Shown here in pieces: positions 29,929 through 39,823 of a stretch of DNA of 64,000 nucleotides (positions are counted from its first letter, which is position 1; every line of letters starts with the position of its first letter). The stretch is from the NCBI GenBank assembly GCA_965200245.1, contig CBDATS010000005.1, positions 1 to 64,000 on the forward strand. Reading direction: 5' to 3'. Below the pieces are notes generated by a model. That model was given only the letters and a program-made list of their open reading frames with translations, was not told the origin of the DNA and did not search any database. The position numbers were made by a program, and so were the translations under genes. The DNA is from a bacterium (lineage in GTDB: Bacteria > UBA8248).

Positions 29929-31655
29929 TGCTCACCGTGAGAATAATCAAACGTTTAGCGAGCCTCATTCGCTCCAAAAGCAAAGCAGAAGCACCTGACA
30001 GCCAGTCAAGTTCCCAGGTTCAGGAACCAGCTTCCATTCCAACCGCAGATCATACAGTGCGGAAAAACCCGCTTTCCGCCTCTACGCCCCTGAACGGCGA
30101 ACCTCCGAAAAGCAAAAACGCCCCGGAGGAGACCAAACCCGCGAAACCGCGCCGCAGGCGCAGGCCTTCGCGCGCAAAACAAAATAATGGAGAATCATTG
30201 CATACGCAAAACGCCACGAAGGCGAAATCGAAAAAACCGGAAAACAGCGAACAACCATCCAAAAACCGAAAGACAAGAAGACGCCGCGGAAAGAAAAAAA
30301 CTGCAGCGGCGGGAACCGCGCCGCAAACCGCTCGCAAGGAGGCAGGCGCATCCTATAACGGCGTCGTCTACCAGAAAGACCCCGCCGAGTTCGGCGTGGG
30401 CGATTTCAGGGTCGAAGGTGCCCCCGAGAGCTTCCGGGAACTCGGCTTCGAGCCGGAGTTGCTTCGTGGGATACAGGGCCTTGGATTCGGAGTCCCCACC
30501 CCAATCCAGCGGGAGGCGACTCCCGTTGCGCGCGAGGGCCGTGACATCATCGGCTGTGCCCAGACGGGCACCGGGAAAACGGCTTCATTCGCCCTGCCCG
30601 CGCTTGAGCGTCTGCAGGGCGGATCGGGCACGCGTTGTCTCGTACTGACGCCCACGCGGGAGTTGGCCATCCAGGTATCAGAGCAATTCCACAGGCTGGG
30701 GAAACACCTGGAAACCACATGCGCCGTCATCTACGGCGGAGTGGACTACGAGCCGCAGTTCCAAGCCTTTCAGCAGAATGTGGACATCGTTGTCGCTACG
30801 CCCGGCAGGTTGCTGGATCACCTGAACCGTAAATCCGTTCATTTCCGGAAACTGGAGATCCTCATAATCGACGAGGCAGACCGCATGCTGGACATGGGCT
30901 TCGCCGAGGAGATCACCGAAATCCTCAACCGCCTGCCCAAAAAACGCCAGACCATGCTCTTCTCCGCCACGATGCCCGAAAAAATCCAGGACCTGGCGAA
31001 TCGTGCGGTAAACGATCCGGTAAAGATCAACATCTCGCCGCCCTCGACGCCCGCGGAGGGGATCCACCACGGCGTCTACCCCATCAGCATGGCGAACAAG
31101 CCACGCGGCGTACTGGGCATCATCGACAAATACAACCCCACCAGCGTCCTTATTTTCACAAGAACCAAGGCCGGAGCCGACGCGCTATGTCATTTTCTGG
31201 AAAACGAGAAAATATCCGTCGCCAAGATTCATTCCGACAGAAGCCAGCGCCAGAGGGAGCGTGCACTGGCGGGCTTTCGCCAGGGCAAGCACCGCATTCT
31301 CGTGGCCACGGACATCGTCTCGCGAGGCATCGACGTAACAGGCATTTCGCACGTCATCAACTATGACGTCCCCGAATATCCCGAGGATTACGTGCACCGT
31401 GCGGGCAGGACGGCGCGCGCAGGACGTATCGGCTACGCCATGACGCTCATGTCGCCCGGCGAAATAACGCCCGTCAAGAACATCGAGCGTTTCATCGGCA
31501 AGGCGTTGCCCAGGGTCGGCATCAGGGATTTCGCAGACGACGTACACCAGCAAAATCTCGAAAACGAACCCAAACCCCTGGTCCACCAGCCGAGCGTCGC
31601 TCGATACGAGCGACTCCGCAAGATGCCGCGCCGTACCGGCCTCTCGCTGCGCTAG
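29928..31655 (+). CDS. DEAD-box RNA helicase (RhlE/RhlB-like) with a long basic N-terminal extension
   Basis: PTPIQ, AQTGTGKT, PTRELA, TPGR, DEAD, SAT, HRAGRTAR. Confidence 0.95.
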   Translation: MLTVRIIKRLASLIRSKSKAEAPDSQSSSQVQEPASIPTADHTVRKNPLSASTPLNGEPPKSKNAPEETKPAKPRRRRRPSRAKQNNGESLHTQNATKAKSKKPENSEQPSKNRKTRRRRGKKKTAAAGTAPQTARKEAGASYNGVVYQKDPAEFGVGDFRVEGAPESFRELGFEPELLRGIQGLGFGVPTPIQREATPVAREGRDIIGCAQTGTGKTASFALPALERLQGGSGTRCLVLTPTRELAIQVSEQFHRLGKHLETTCAVIYGGVDYEPQFQAFQQNVDIVVATPGRLLDHLNRKSVHFRKLEILIIDEADRMLDMGFAEEITEILNRLPKKRQTMLFSATMPEKIQDLANRAVNDPVKINISPPSTPAEGIHHGVYPISMANKPRGVLGIIDKYNPTSVLIFTRTKAGADALCHFLENEKISVAKIHSDRSQRQRERALAGFRQGKHRILVATDIVSRGIDVTGISHVINYDVPEYPEDYVHRAGRTARAGRIGYAMTLMSPGEITPVKNIERFIGKALPRVGIRDFADDVHQQNLENEPKPLVHQPSVARYERLRKMPRRTGLSLR

Positions 31656-31893
31656 CACGGGGCACGACCTGCTCGGAACAAATGTACGAAAAGAGAAGCC
31701 GAATACCCTTCGTAAAGATCAAATTTTCCAACCCCATCGTACAGAATACTCAGGAATCATAAATGCCATGGCCACGATTTGTGGCGAAAAAGCATGGATT
31801 CCTGAAACATCCTGTTGACCTCTCTGGGCGGCTACGATACGCTTGGTTCCCTCGCGAGTGTTAGAATTTGTCATGGAATTTGGAGGTGTCTTT

Positions 31894-32169
31894 GTGAAAA
31901 AGTCCGACCTGATAGAAAAAATCGCCGGGGACGCTGGCATATCGAAAGCCGCCGCGGATCGGGCGCTTAGATCATTGCTTAATTCCGTTACACAAGCCCT
32001 GAAAAACGGGGGCCGCGTTTCCCTCATCGGATTCGGAACGTTCTCCATTTCCAGGCGTGCAGCGCGCACGGGACGTAACCCGAAAACGGGAGAGGAAATC
32101 TCGATCAAGGCAAGCAATACGCCCAAGTTCACCGCAGGAAAAAGCCTGAAGGACGCAGTGAACAGATAA
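31894..32169 (+). CDS. hup: HU family DNA-binding protein
   Basis: GFGTF...[12 protein letters not shown]...[12 protein letters not shown]. Confidence 0.96.
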   Translation: MKKSDLIEKIAGDAGISKAAADRALRSLLNSVTQALKNGGRVSLIGFGTFSISRRAARTGRNPKTGEEISIKASNTPKFTAGKSLKDAVNR

Positions 32170-32491
32170 ACGCAAGTCTTCGGTAGGGCTGTATTTCAGG
32201 GTTATTCGATTTTCTATCATCAAATCGTTTGGGAATTACATCCTTAATTCCGCAAGTCCGGACACCTGAATTCTGGAAGAACGTAACCTCCGGCCGCCGG
32301 TTTCCCGGGACAGCGGAGAACATGCGGACGGGCTTCCGGGAGGAAGCCTGGTCCTCACCGGAAAAACGTCAATAAATTTCCTGCTTTCCCGTCGGAATAT
32401 CCCATAACCTGTTCATGATGACGGTGCAAAAAAAAACGAAAGCATCGGGGGTATCCACTCATGCTCATTTCCTCATGGAAAGGAGACCAGA

Positions 32492-32761
32492 ATGAAATCC
32501 GTCACCGAGATGCGCGAGCACCTGATCGAGAAGGCAGGCGACAGTGAGGAGTTCCGCGCCCGTCTGATTTCTGAACCGAAGGCCGTGATATCGGAGGAGT
32601 TCGGGGTAACGATGCCGGAGAATTTCAACCTGCATGTGATGGAAGACGACGCCGAGAACAGCTATCTCGTCCTTCCGCCTCCGTCCCGGCTCACCGAGGA
32701 GCAACTGGAAGCCGCTCAAGGCGCATATCACATTGATGGTAGAGGTAATATCCACACATAG
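32492..32761 (+). CDS. NHLP (nitrile hydratase-like leader) RiPP precursor
   Basis: LIEKA..SEEFRARLISEPKAVI...YLVLPP..LTEEQLEAAQGA, then a short core; AAGGAG RBS. Confidence 0.85.
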   Translation: MKSVTEMREHLIEKAGDSEEFRARLISEPKAVISEEFGVTMPENFNLHVMEDDAENSYLVLPPPSRLTEEQLEAAQGAYHIDGRGNIHT

Positions 32762-32888
32762 GACAATCACACGAGGGGACCAGCCCCCTCTGCAAGGCTG
32801 GATCCTGTCCTTCGCAGTCGTGAGTGAACGCAAAGAACCGGGCGCTCATTGCATTTGTCGGGATTCAGCAATCAAAACGGCTTCGGCT

Positions 32889-33977
32889 TCAGGCGAGAAA
32901 ACCCTTGAGCTTCGATAGGAAACGTGCGTTTTCGGCCTGGAGTCCGACGGTGACACGAATCCATTCGGGATGCCCGAAGGCACTGCCGGGCCGAACGATG
33001 ACACCCTCGCGCATCAGGGCGTCCATCGCCGCGTCGCCATCGTCCACGCGCACGAAGATGAAGTTGGCCTGGCTCTCAGCGAACTCAAGCCCCATCTCAC
33101 GGAACGCCTGATACAGCACTTCCCTTCCCTCCCGCACGAGAGCGACGGCGCGCTCCCTGTAGCCGTCGTCCTCGATCGCGGCGAGAGCCGCCGCCTGCGC
33201 GAGTTGATTCACGTTGAAGGGTTCGCGAACACGGTTCATGTACTCGACAACACCCTCGCGGCTAACGGCGAAACCCACGCGAAGGCCGGCCAGGCCGTAT
33301 ATCTTCGAGAAAGAACGCAGGACAACGAGCGGGAAGCGAGCGATCATGGAGATGCTGTCGGGATAGGCCGGATCGTCGGCGAAATCGCCGTAGGCCTCGT
33401 CCAGAAGTACGAGAAGCCCCCCGGGCAGTTTTTCGAGAAAGGACACAAGCGCATCTTCGGTCAAAATCCCGCCCGTGGGGTTGTTCGGCGAGCAAAGGAA
33501 AACGATTTTCGTTCGCGCAGTAATCCTGGCGAGAACGTCATCCAAATCGATTCGCATGTTGCGCAGGGGTGAGAAAACGACACTGGCACCCATCACCCGG
33601 CTCACGTGCGCATAGGGGCTGAAGGTAGGTTGGGGAATGACCACTTCGTCCCCGTCGTTGAGGAATGTCCTGCTCAGGACGGAGAGTACGTCGTCGCCTC
33701 CGTTCCCCATGAATATCATGGTCCCGCAGACGCCGAGTTTCTGTGCCAGGCGTTCCACCAGTGCCCTGGCCCCGCCGTCGGGATAGCGGTGCAGGCCATC
33801 GAGCGCACCGCGAATCGCATCCACGGCGCCAGGCGTCGGGCCGAGCGCGTTCTCGTTGCTGGCAAGCTTGACGACCCCGCTCAACCCGTATTCTGCGGCC
33901 ACCACCTCGATAGATCGCCCCGGAACATAAGCCTTCAGCGAGGAGACACCCTTTCTCAGCAACTCTTCCACATTCAA
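32889..33977 (-). CDS. hisC: histidinol-phosphate aminotransferase
   Basis: KLASNEN, RYPD, PNNPTG, DEAY, RSFSKIYGLAGLRVG. Confidence 0.95.
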   Translation of the reverse strand: MNVEELLRKGVSSLKAYVPGRSIEVVAAEYGLSGVVKLASNENALGPTPGAVDAIRGALDGLHRYPDGGARALVERLAQKLGVCGTMIFMGNGGDDVLSVLSRTFLNDGDEVVIPQPTFSPYAHVSRVMGASVVFSPLRNMRIDLDDVLARITARTKIVFLCSPNNPTGGILTEDALVSFLEKLPGGLLVLLDEAYGDFADDPAYPDSISMIARFPLVVLRSFSKIYGLAGLRVGFAVSREGVVEYMNRVREPFNVNQLAQAAALAAIEDDGYRERAVALVREGREVLYQAFREMGLEFAESQANFIFVRVDDGDAAMDALMREGVIVRPGSAFGHPEWIRVTVGLQAENARFLSKLKGFLA

Positions 33978-34202
33978 TGCCCTATCCTCTCACTATCCTC
34001 GTCATCGTACTGAACTCCCCGAACGCCGACCATATAGACCAATCGAAGTGATTTGACCATACCAGATTATCAACATGGTGCGTCTTGACGTCCGGGAACC
34101 GGATTTCTTCATACGCCATCGCACCCGGAATGTCGATGCGTTGCCCTTGGTGAGGGGGACGGGATAGAATAGGCAGAACCCGCCGTCTAACGGAGGCTCA
34201 CC

Positions 34203-35051
34203 TTGAGCGATGCGATGCCGGACGCGAAACTGAAAAGACTCGAACGAACCCTGAAAGGGATGGGAAGCGTTCTGGTCGCCTTCTCCGCAGGCGTGGACAG
34301 CACATTCCTGGCCAAGGCGGCCCATGACGTCCTGGGAGCGAGGGCACTCGCCGTTACGGGGCGTTCCGTCACACTGGCGGCGTCCGAACTTGAGGAATCC
34401 AGCGTACTCGCTGCGCAAATCGGAATTCGCCACCTCATCGTGGACACCGACGAAATAGCGGACGAGTCGTTCGGGAACAATCCGCCGAACCGCTGTTATT
34501 TCTGCAAAAACGAACTCTATACCGTGTTGAACCGCGTAGCGGCGAGGGAAAACATGGCCGTCATCGTCGACGGCTCGAACTCGGATGACGTGGGTGACCA
34601 TCGCCCCGGAATGCAGGCGGCGCGGGAGTTGGGCGTGAGAAGCCCGCTCATGGAAGTGGGCATGACCAAAGAGGATATCCGCTCCCTCTCGCAATCATTC
34701 GGTCTCCCCACCTGGGACAAGCCTGCGCAGGCATGTCTCTCGAGTCGTTTCCCCTACGGAGACCGCATCACGCCCGGGAAGATCGCACAGGTGGAAAAGG
34801 CGGAAAGCGGCTTGAGGGAATTGGGCTTCCGGCAGTTGCGGGTGCGCCACCACGGCGATGTCGCCAGGATAGAGGTGCCGAAGAGCGATATCGCGCGGCT
34901 TGTGGATGAGGAAACCGCACGGCAGGTGATTACCTGCATGAAAGAGGCCGGTTTCACCTACGTGACCATTGACCTGGAAGGCTTCCGTTCGGGGAGCATG
35001 AACGAAGTGCTCAATACCGGACGTTCATCGGATCTCCTCATTCTCTCGTGA
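34203..35051 (+). CDS. larE: ATP-dependent sulfur transferase LarE
   Basis: PP-loop SAGVDS, RCYFCK, RPG, ACLSSRFPYG, GFRSGSMN. Confidence 0.95.
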   Translation: MSDAMPDAKLKRLERTLKGMGSVLVAFSAGVDSTFLAKAAHDVLGARALAVTGRSVTLAASELEESSVLAAQIGIRHLIVDTDEIADESFGNNPPNRCYFCKNELYTVLNRVAARENMAVIVDGSNSDDVGDHRPGMQAARELGVRSPLMEVGMTKEDIRSLSQSFGLPTWDKPAQACLSSRFPYGDRITPGKIAQVEKAESGLRELGFRQLRVRHHGDVARIEVPKSDIARLVDEETARQVITCMKEAGFTYVTIDLEGFRSGSMNEVLNTGRSSDLLILS

Positions 35052-35806
35052 ATCCCGACTTCATTCTCGAACTGCTTGAAAAGGTGAAAGAGGGCCGCCT
35101 TGCGCCGGATGAGGCCGTCATGTGTCTTCGGGACCTGCCCTTCGAGAATTTGGGACACACGCGGGTGGATCATCACCGCGCGCTGAGGAACGGTTTTCCC
35201 GAAGTCGTCTACGGAGCGGGAAAGACAAAGGAACAAGTCGTCGAGATCGCCAAAAGCCTGATGGCGAAAGGGCAGACTGTCATGGTCACGCACGCGGACA
35301 CAGAACAGGCCGAAGCCCTGCGTGAACTCTCTCCCCGCACGAATCACCACGAAACTGCGAGGATCGTGGAGATCCCCTGCCAGAACCCGCCCCCTGCGGT
35401 CGGGTGCGTCGCTGTCGTTTGCGCGGGCACATCCGACCTGCCCGTGGCCGAGGAGGCGGCGGTGACCGCACGCATTCTGGGTTCGGATGTAACGCGCGTC
35501 TACGACGTGGGAGTGGCTGGCCTGCATCGCCTGCTGGCGGAAGTCGAGACCCTGCGCGGGGCGAACGTCATCATCGCCGTGGCGGGTATGGAAGGTGCCT
35601 TGCCGTCCGTGGTCACCGGTCTGGTGGCGTGCCCCGTTATCGCGGTGCCCACCTCGGTAGGTTACGGCGCGAATCTGGGCGGACTGACAGCGCTTTTCGC
35701 CATGTTGAACTCCTGTGCCTCGGGGCTTAGCGTGGTGAACATCGACAACGGCTTCGGTGCTGCCTATCAGGCCCACCTGATCAACAGGCAAACGGCTAGC
35801 TCATGA
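35048..35806 (+). CDS. larB: nickel pincer cofactor biosynthesis protein LarB
   Basis: AGTSDLPVAEE, DVGVAGLHR, AGMEGALPSV, PTSVGYG, MLNSC, VVNIDNGFGA. Confidence 0.96.
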   Translation: MNPDFILELLEKVKEGRLAPDEAVMCLRDLPFENLGHTRVDHHRALRNGFPEVVYGAGKTKEQVVEIAKSLMAKGQTVMVTHADTEQAEALRELSPRTNHHETARIVEIPCQNPPPAVGCVAVVCAGTSDLPVAEEAAVTARILGSDVTRVYDVGVAGLHRLLAEVETLRGANVIIAVAGMEGALPSVVTGLVACPVIAVPTSVGYGANLGGLTALFAMLNSCASGLSVVNIDNGFGAAYQAHLINRQTASS

Positions 35807-37038
35807 AGACGATCTATTTCGACTGTTTTGCGGGCGCAGCGGGGGACATGCTCGTGGGCGCCTTGCTGGATTTGGGGCTCGAACTCACAGCCCTTGAGGA
35901 CGAGCTCGCAAAACTGGGGATCGAAGGCTATTCCCTGTCGAACAACAGCATATTAAAACAGGGAGTTACGTCAAGTAATTTCAGGTTGAACATTACCCGG
36001 AATCCGCACCATCATCACGAGGGAGAAGACGTCCACGGCGCGCATCATCACGGCCGTTCCTGCAATCAGATTCGGGAAATACTCGAAAAAACGCCGTTTG
36101 CCGAGACACCCAGGAACCGAGCCATTGCCGCGTTCCATCGACTAGGCGTCGTCGAGGCAGGGATCCACGGCGTTTCGATCGACGACATCCATTTCCACGA
36201 AGTCGGAGCGATAGATTCCATAATTGACGTTACGGGTTATTTTCTGGGTCTTCACATGCTGGGCGTCCAGCGGGTGGCGGCCTCTCCCCTGCCCGTGGGG
36301 AGCGGATTCGTGAAGTGCGCACACGGGCGGATGCCTGTACCCGCGCCCGCGACCGCCAGGCTGCTCGAAGGCGTACCTGTGGCGCAAAGCAGTCTGGAGG
36401 GCGAGATTCTCACGCCCACGGGGGCCTTGTTGCTCGTCGAGAGCGCGGAATTTTTCGGTCCCATGCCCGACATGACCATCGTACGGGTGGGCTACGGCGC
36501 GGGCGACAGAGACCTGCCGGACACCCCCAACGTGGTCCGTGCCTTCCTTGGGGAGAGCAAGACGAGCGCAGAAAGCGATGCGACGCCCTCCACCATCGCC
36601 GTGCTTGAAGCGAACATCGACGACATGAGTCCCGAACTCTTCCCGCACGTGATCGAAGGGGCACTCAAGGCGGGCGCGCTCGATGCGTTCTCCGTTCCCG
36701 TGACAGGCAAAAAGGGAAGGCCCGGGCAGTTGCTCACGATTCTGTGCCCCCCGGCGAAACAGGACGCCCTTACCCGTTTCCTCTTCCGCGAAACCTCGAC
36801 CCTGGGCATACGCCGTTACACAACGGAACGAGCTGTCGCCAGTCGTGAGTGGATGGATGTCGACCTCCCCTGGGGTCGGGTGCGCGTCAAGAGGGGAATT
36901 TTCGAGGGCGCGCTCACGAACCTCGCGCCCGAATACGAAGATTGCAGGCGGCTTGCGGAAGGGAGCGGGGTTCCGCTCAAGGTGGTGATCGAGGCAGCTC
37001 TCGCACGCGCCAGAGAAATGCCGGAAAATCGCCCATGA
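35803..37038 (+). CDS. larC: nickel insertion protein LarC
   Basis: YFDC..G.AGDM, His-rich tract, HFHEVGAIDSIID, TPTGA, NIDD, PEYED. Confidence 0.96.
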   Translation: MKTIYFDCFAGAAGDMLVGALLDLGLELTALEDELAKLGIEGYSLSNNSILKQGVTSSNFRLNITRNPHHHHEGEDVHGAHHHGRSCNQIREILEKTPFAETPRNRAIAAFHRLGVVEAGIHGVSIDDIHFHEVGAIDSIIDVTGYFLGLHMLGVQRVAASPLPVGSGFVKCAHGRMPVPAPATARLLEGVPVAQSSLEGEILTPTGALLLVESAEFFGPMPDMTIVRVGYGAGDRDLPDTPNVVRAFLGESKTSAESDATPSTIAVLEANIDDMSPELFPHVIEGALKAGALDAFSVPVTGKKGRPGQLLTILCPPAKQDALTRFLFRETSTLGIRRYTTERAVASREWMDVDLPWGRVRVKRGIFEGALTNLAPEYEDCRRLAEGSGVPLKVVIEAALARAREMPENRP

Positions 37039-37277
37039 AGATACGCCTGAAATTGTTCGCGGATTTCGCGGAGAAGATGCCGCCCGAACAGGACGGGGAT
37101 GGCGTGGCCGAAATCACGCTGCCAGAAGGCACCAATATCTACGATGTCCTCGACCGCTTCGAGATACCATATGAGGAGGCTTATATCGTATTGCTCGATG
37201 GGCGGCACGCGAAGAAATCGGTGGTGATACCCGAAGGCTCGGAACTTTGCGTGTTCCCGCCCATCGTGGGCGGGTGA
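37035..37277 (+). CDS. MoaD/ThiS family sulfur carrier protein
   Basis: 80 aa, MKIRLKLFA...FPPIVGG with C-terminal GG; ATGA overlap with larC. Confidence 0.9.
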   Translation: MKIRLKLFADFAEKMPPEQDGDGVAEITLPEGTNIYDVLDRFEIPYEEAYIVLLDGRHAKKSVVIPEGSELCVFPPIVGG

Positions 37278-37423
37278 GAATGTTTCCCCTTTCCCTGGAC
37301 AGCCGTTCCCGGAAGGGGTCGCTTGCGAACGAACCCTGTGAAAATGGCGAAGAACCAAGCTTAAATACAGTTACGACAATAAATAAGAAAAAATTCTCTA
37401 AGTAATTGATATTATTTCATATA

Positions 37424-37882
37424 CTATCCTTTTTCCCTGCGTTCCACCATGATGGTGACGTCACCCTCGTGGATACGCTCACCACGCTGGTTCAAGAGCG
37501 CAAGGGCTAGTGTCACAATACCCTTCCCCTTGCTGGAAATACGCCTTGATTTCACGACGACCTCGCCTGATAACGTATCTCCGATGCGAATCGGACCGCG
37601 AAAACGCCATTCCACGCCCAGAAACGCCTCGACCGTGCCTTCGACGATGCCAAGCCTCGTCACCAGACCCATGAGGAAGGAAAGGCCGAGCAACCCGTGG
37701 GCCACCCTTTCCCCGAAAGGGGTTTTTGCCGCCGCCTCGGCGTCGGTGTGCAGGTAGGTGTAATCGCCCGTCAGGGCGGAGAAGGCGTTGACGTCTGATT
37801 CCCCGATCGTGCGGGCGGCAGTCTTCCACGCCCTTCCCTCTTCGAATTCCTCATAAAACAGGCCCGTCGCCACGTATTCCAA
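37424..37882 (-). CDS. MaoC family dehydratase
   Basis: FSALTGDY..LHTD...FGERVAHG, F.GPI.IGDT. Confidence 0.92.
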   Translation of the reverse strand: MEYVATGLFYEEFEEGRAWKTAARTIGESDVNAFSALTGDYTYLHTDAEAAAKTPFGERVAHGLLGLSFLMGLVTRLGIVEGTVEAFLGVEWRFRGPIRIGDTLSGEVVVKSRRISSKGKGIVTLALALLNQRGERIHEGDVTIMVERREKG

Positions 37883-37892
37883 GACTGATTCC

Positions 37893-38732
37893 TCAATTCA
37901 AAAGAAAACGGAAAGTGATTTCGCCCCATTGTTCGTCATCGTCGGCGCCCGGGTGAAGCGGACTGAAGCGCCAGCGCTTCAGATGGTTCGAAGCCAGACC
38001 TTCGAGATATGCGCTCGCCTTTCGGGTCGGAATCACACGGCCCACGGTGCCGTCGGGCAACACCCAGAACCTGAGCACAATTTCGGTCGTGCCTTCAAGC
38101 CTCTCAGGCCTGGGAGGTTTCGGTCGGAAGAGAATTCTCCGCCTCGCCGCCGGTCCGGCAATGTTTTTCCGCCTCTTCCGTTCGGCCATACGGGGAACAT
38201 GCAGGCGCGACAGCTGCTCCAGCATCTTGCGGTCCATTTCGGAACCCGGCAGCGCCACCTTCCTTTTGCGCTTCAAACCCCTGGACTCCCCGACCCTTTC
38301 GTCTATCGGTAAAACGATATCGTCCACGCCCATGCCCGCATCGGAAATGTTGATTGGTGCGATTTCACCGGGTGCGAGCACCGGTTTCGGCATATCCAGT
38401 GCAGGGGCTTCGGGCAGCGGTGCGCTCTCGGGCAACGCTCCCGAAGCGGGTACTTCAGGTTTCGTATTCGCATCGAAGTTCAAGTCCCGCTCTGCGGCGG
38501 CTTCTTTCGGGAGCATATGGCTCAAATCCGGCGGATCCGGCAGGGGAACCTCGGGCAATACCTTTGGCAGCAGCGCTTCCGGTATGGGAACTTCGCGGCG
38601 CACGAGAGCCACTTCCATTCTTTCGGGTTGTTTGGCGAATATTGTCGGCAATTTGATGGTGGGGCTGAGCAGAATCAATCCGGCATGAAGAGAGACGGAA
38701 ATCAAAATTGTCAGGATGAGTGAAAAACTCAT
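37893..38732 (-). CDS. TonB family energy transducer
   Basis: N-terminal TM SVSLH, Pro-rich linker, C-terminal domain FWVLPDGTV...WRFSP. Confidence 0.85.
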   Translation of the reverse strand: MSFSLILTILISVSLHAGLILLSPTIKLPTIFAKQPERMEVALVRREVPIPEALLPKVLPEVPLPDPPDLSHMLPKEAAAERDLNFDANTKPEVPASGALPESAPLPEAPALDMPKPVLAPGEIAPINISDAGMGVDDIVLPIDERVGESRGLKRKRKVALPGSEMDRKMLEQLSRLHVPRMAERKRRKNIAGPAARRRILFRPKPPRPERLEGTTEIVLRFWVLPDGTVGRVIPTRKASAYLEGLASNHLKRWRFSPLHPGADDDEQWGEITFRFLLN

Positions 38733-38756
38733 GGTGTTCGAACCGGCCTCCCGGGG

Positions 38757-39182
38757 CTATTTCGTCGCTTTTTTCTGCACCCGTTTCGTCGGCGCCGTCG
38801 CAATCGACATGCGCACGGCGCCCGCCTGTCTGGCAATATCCATGACCTGCACCACCATCCCGTGCGGCACGCCCTTGTCGGCCCGGATGATGATCATGCC
38901 CTCCCGCTGCACCTTCAACTCCTCTATCAACCGGCCCCAAAGGGATTTCAGCGGTACCTGGTCATTGTTCAGGAACACCCGTTCATCACGCGCGATGATG
39001 AGGATCAAATCCTTGCGGACAGGATGTTCCTGCGTGACGGTGCGCGGCAAATCCACCTTCACACCTGGCTGGAGAACGAACGAAGAGCTCAGGACGAAAA
39101 ACAGAAGCAGCAGGAAAATGATGTCAATCATGGCCGTCATTCCGGGTTCGGCCCTGACACGCCTGATGTCTCGAAATTTCAT
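38757..39182 (-). CDS. exbD: ExbD/TolR family protein
   Basis: MIDIIFLLLLFF, VDLP, IRADK.VP.G.VV.VMD. Confidence 0.92.
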   Translation of the reverse strand: MKFRDIRRVRAEPGMTAMIDIIFLLLLFFVLSSSFVLQPGVKVDLPRTVTQEHPVRKDLILIIARDERVFLNNDQVPLKSLWGRLIEELKVQREGMIIIRADKGVPHGMVVQVMDIARQAGAVRMSIATAPTKRVQKKATK

Positions 39183-39189
39183 CGCTTCC

Positions 39190-39792
39190 TCAGCGCTTCA
39201 GTGTCTCTACGATCCGGTAGGAATGTTTCTCGATTTCCAGGATAAGGCGATCCGCCTTGTTGGTGAAATAGTTGTAGAAAATGAGCGTGGGGATGGCAAT
39301 GACGAGCCCGGTCGCCGTCGTGATAAGCGCTTCATAGATGCCACCCGCGAGCTGGCTGGGGTGCGCAATCCCCTTCTCGCTGATGATGGCAAAGGTTTGA
39401 ATCATGCCGAAAACCGTGCCCGTCAGTCCCAACAGGGGCGATATGGCGGCGATCGTCCCGAGAGCACCCAGATTCCTGTCAAGTGTGGTGACCTCCTGCC
39501 TGCCCGCATCCTCCACGATGGAGCGGAGTTCTTCACGGTCCCTGTCATGATTCGAAATCGTAAGGAGCAGAATTCTGCTCATCACGGACGGGTAGCGTCG
39601 ACAGAGGGTCATGGCGTCGGACACCTGGTTTTCCGAGACAAGATCTCTCACTTGCTGCAAAATGTCGAGTTGAATGATTTTCTTGGTTCTCAGGTTCAGC
39701 GTTCGTTCCAGGATGATGGCCACGGACAAGATGGAGCAAATGCCCAATGGAATCATCAACACCCCGCCTTTGGCCAGAAATTCGAACATCAA
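39190..39792 (-). CDS. exbB: MotA/TolQ/ExbB proton channel protein
   Basis: PLLGLTGTVFGMI..F, GIYEALITTATGL.IAIP. Confidence 0.92.
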   Translation of the reverse strand: MMFEFLAKGGVLMIPLGICSILSVAIILERTLNLRTKKIIQLDILQQVRDLVSENQVSDAMTLCRRYPSVMSRILLLTISNHDRDREELRSIVEDAGRQEVTTLDRNLGALGTIAAISPLLGLTGTVFGMIQTFAIISEKGIAHPSQLAGGIYEALITTATGLVIAIPTLIFYNYFTNKADRLILEIEKHSYRIVETLKR

Positions 39793-39823
39793 TACGCACC
39801 TTTACATAAATGGGATTCGACTG

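Noticed and set aside
35803-37038. larC programmed ribosomal frameshift as in Lactobacillus
   Set aside because: larC is a single uninterrupted ORF here
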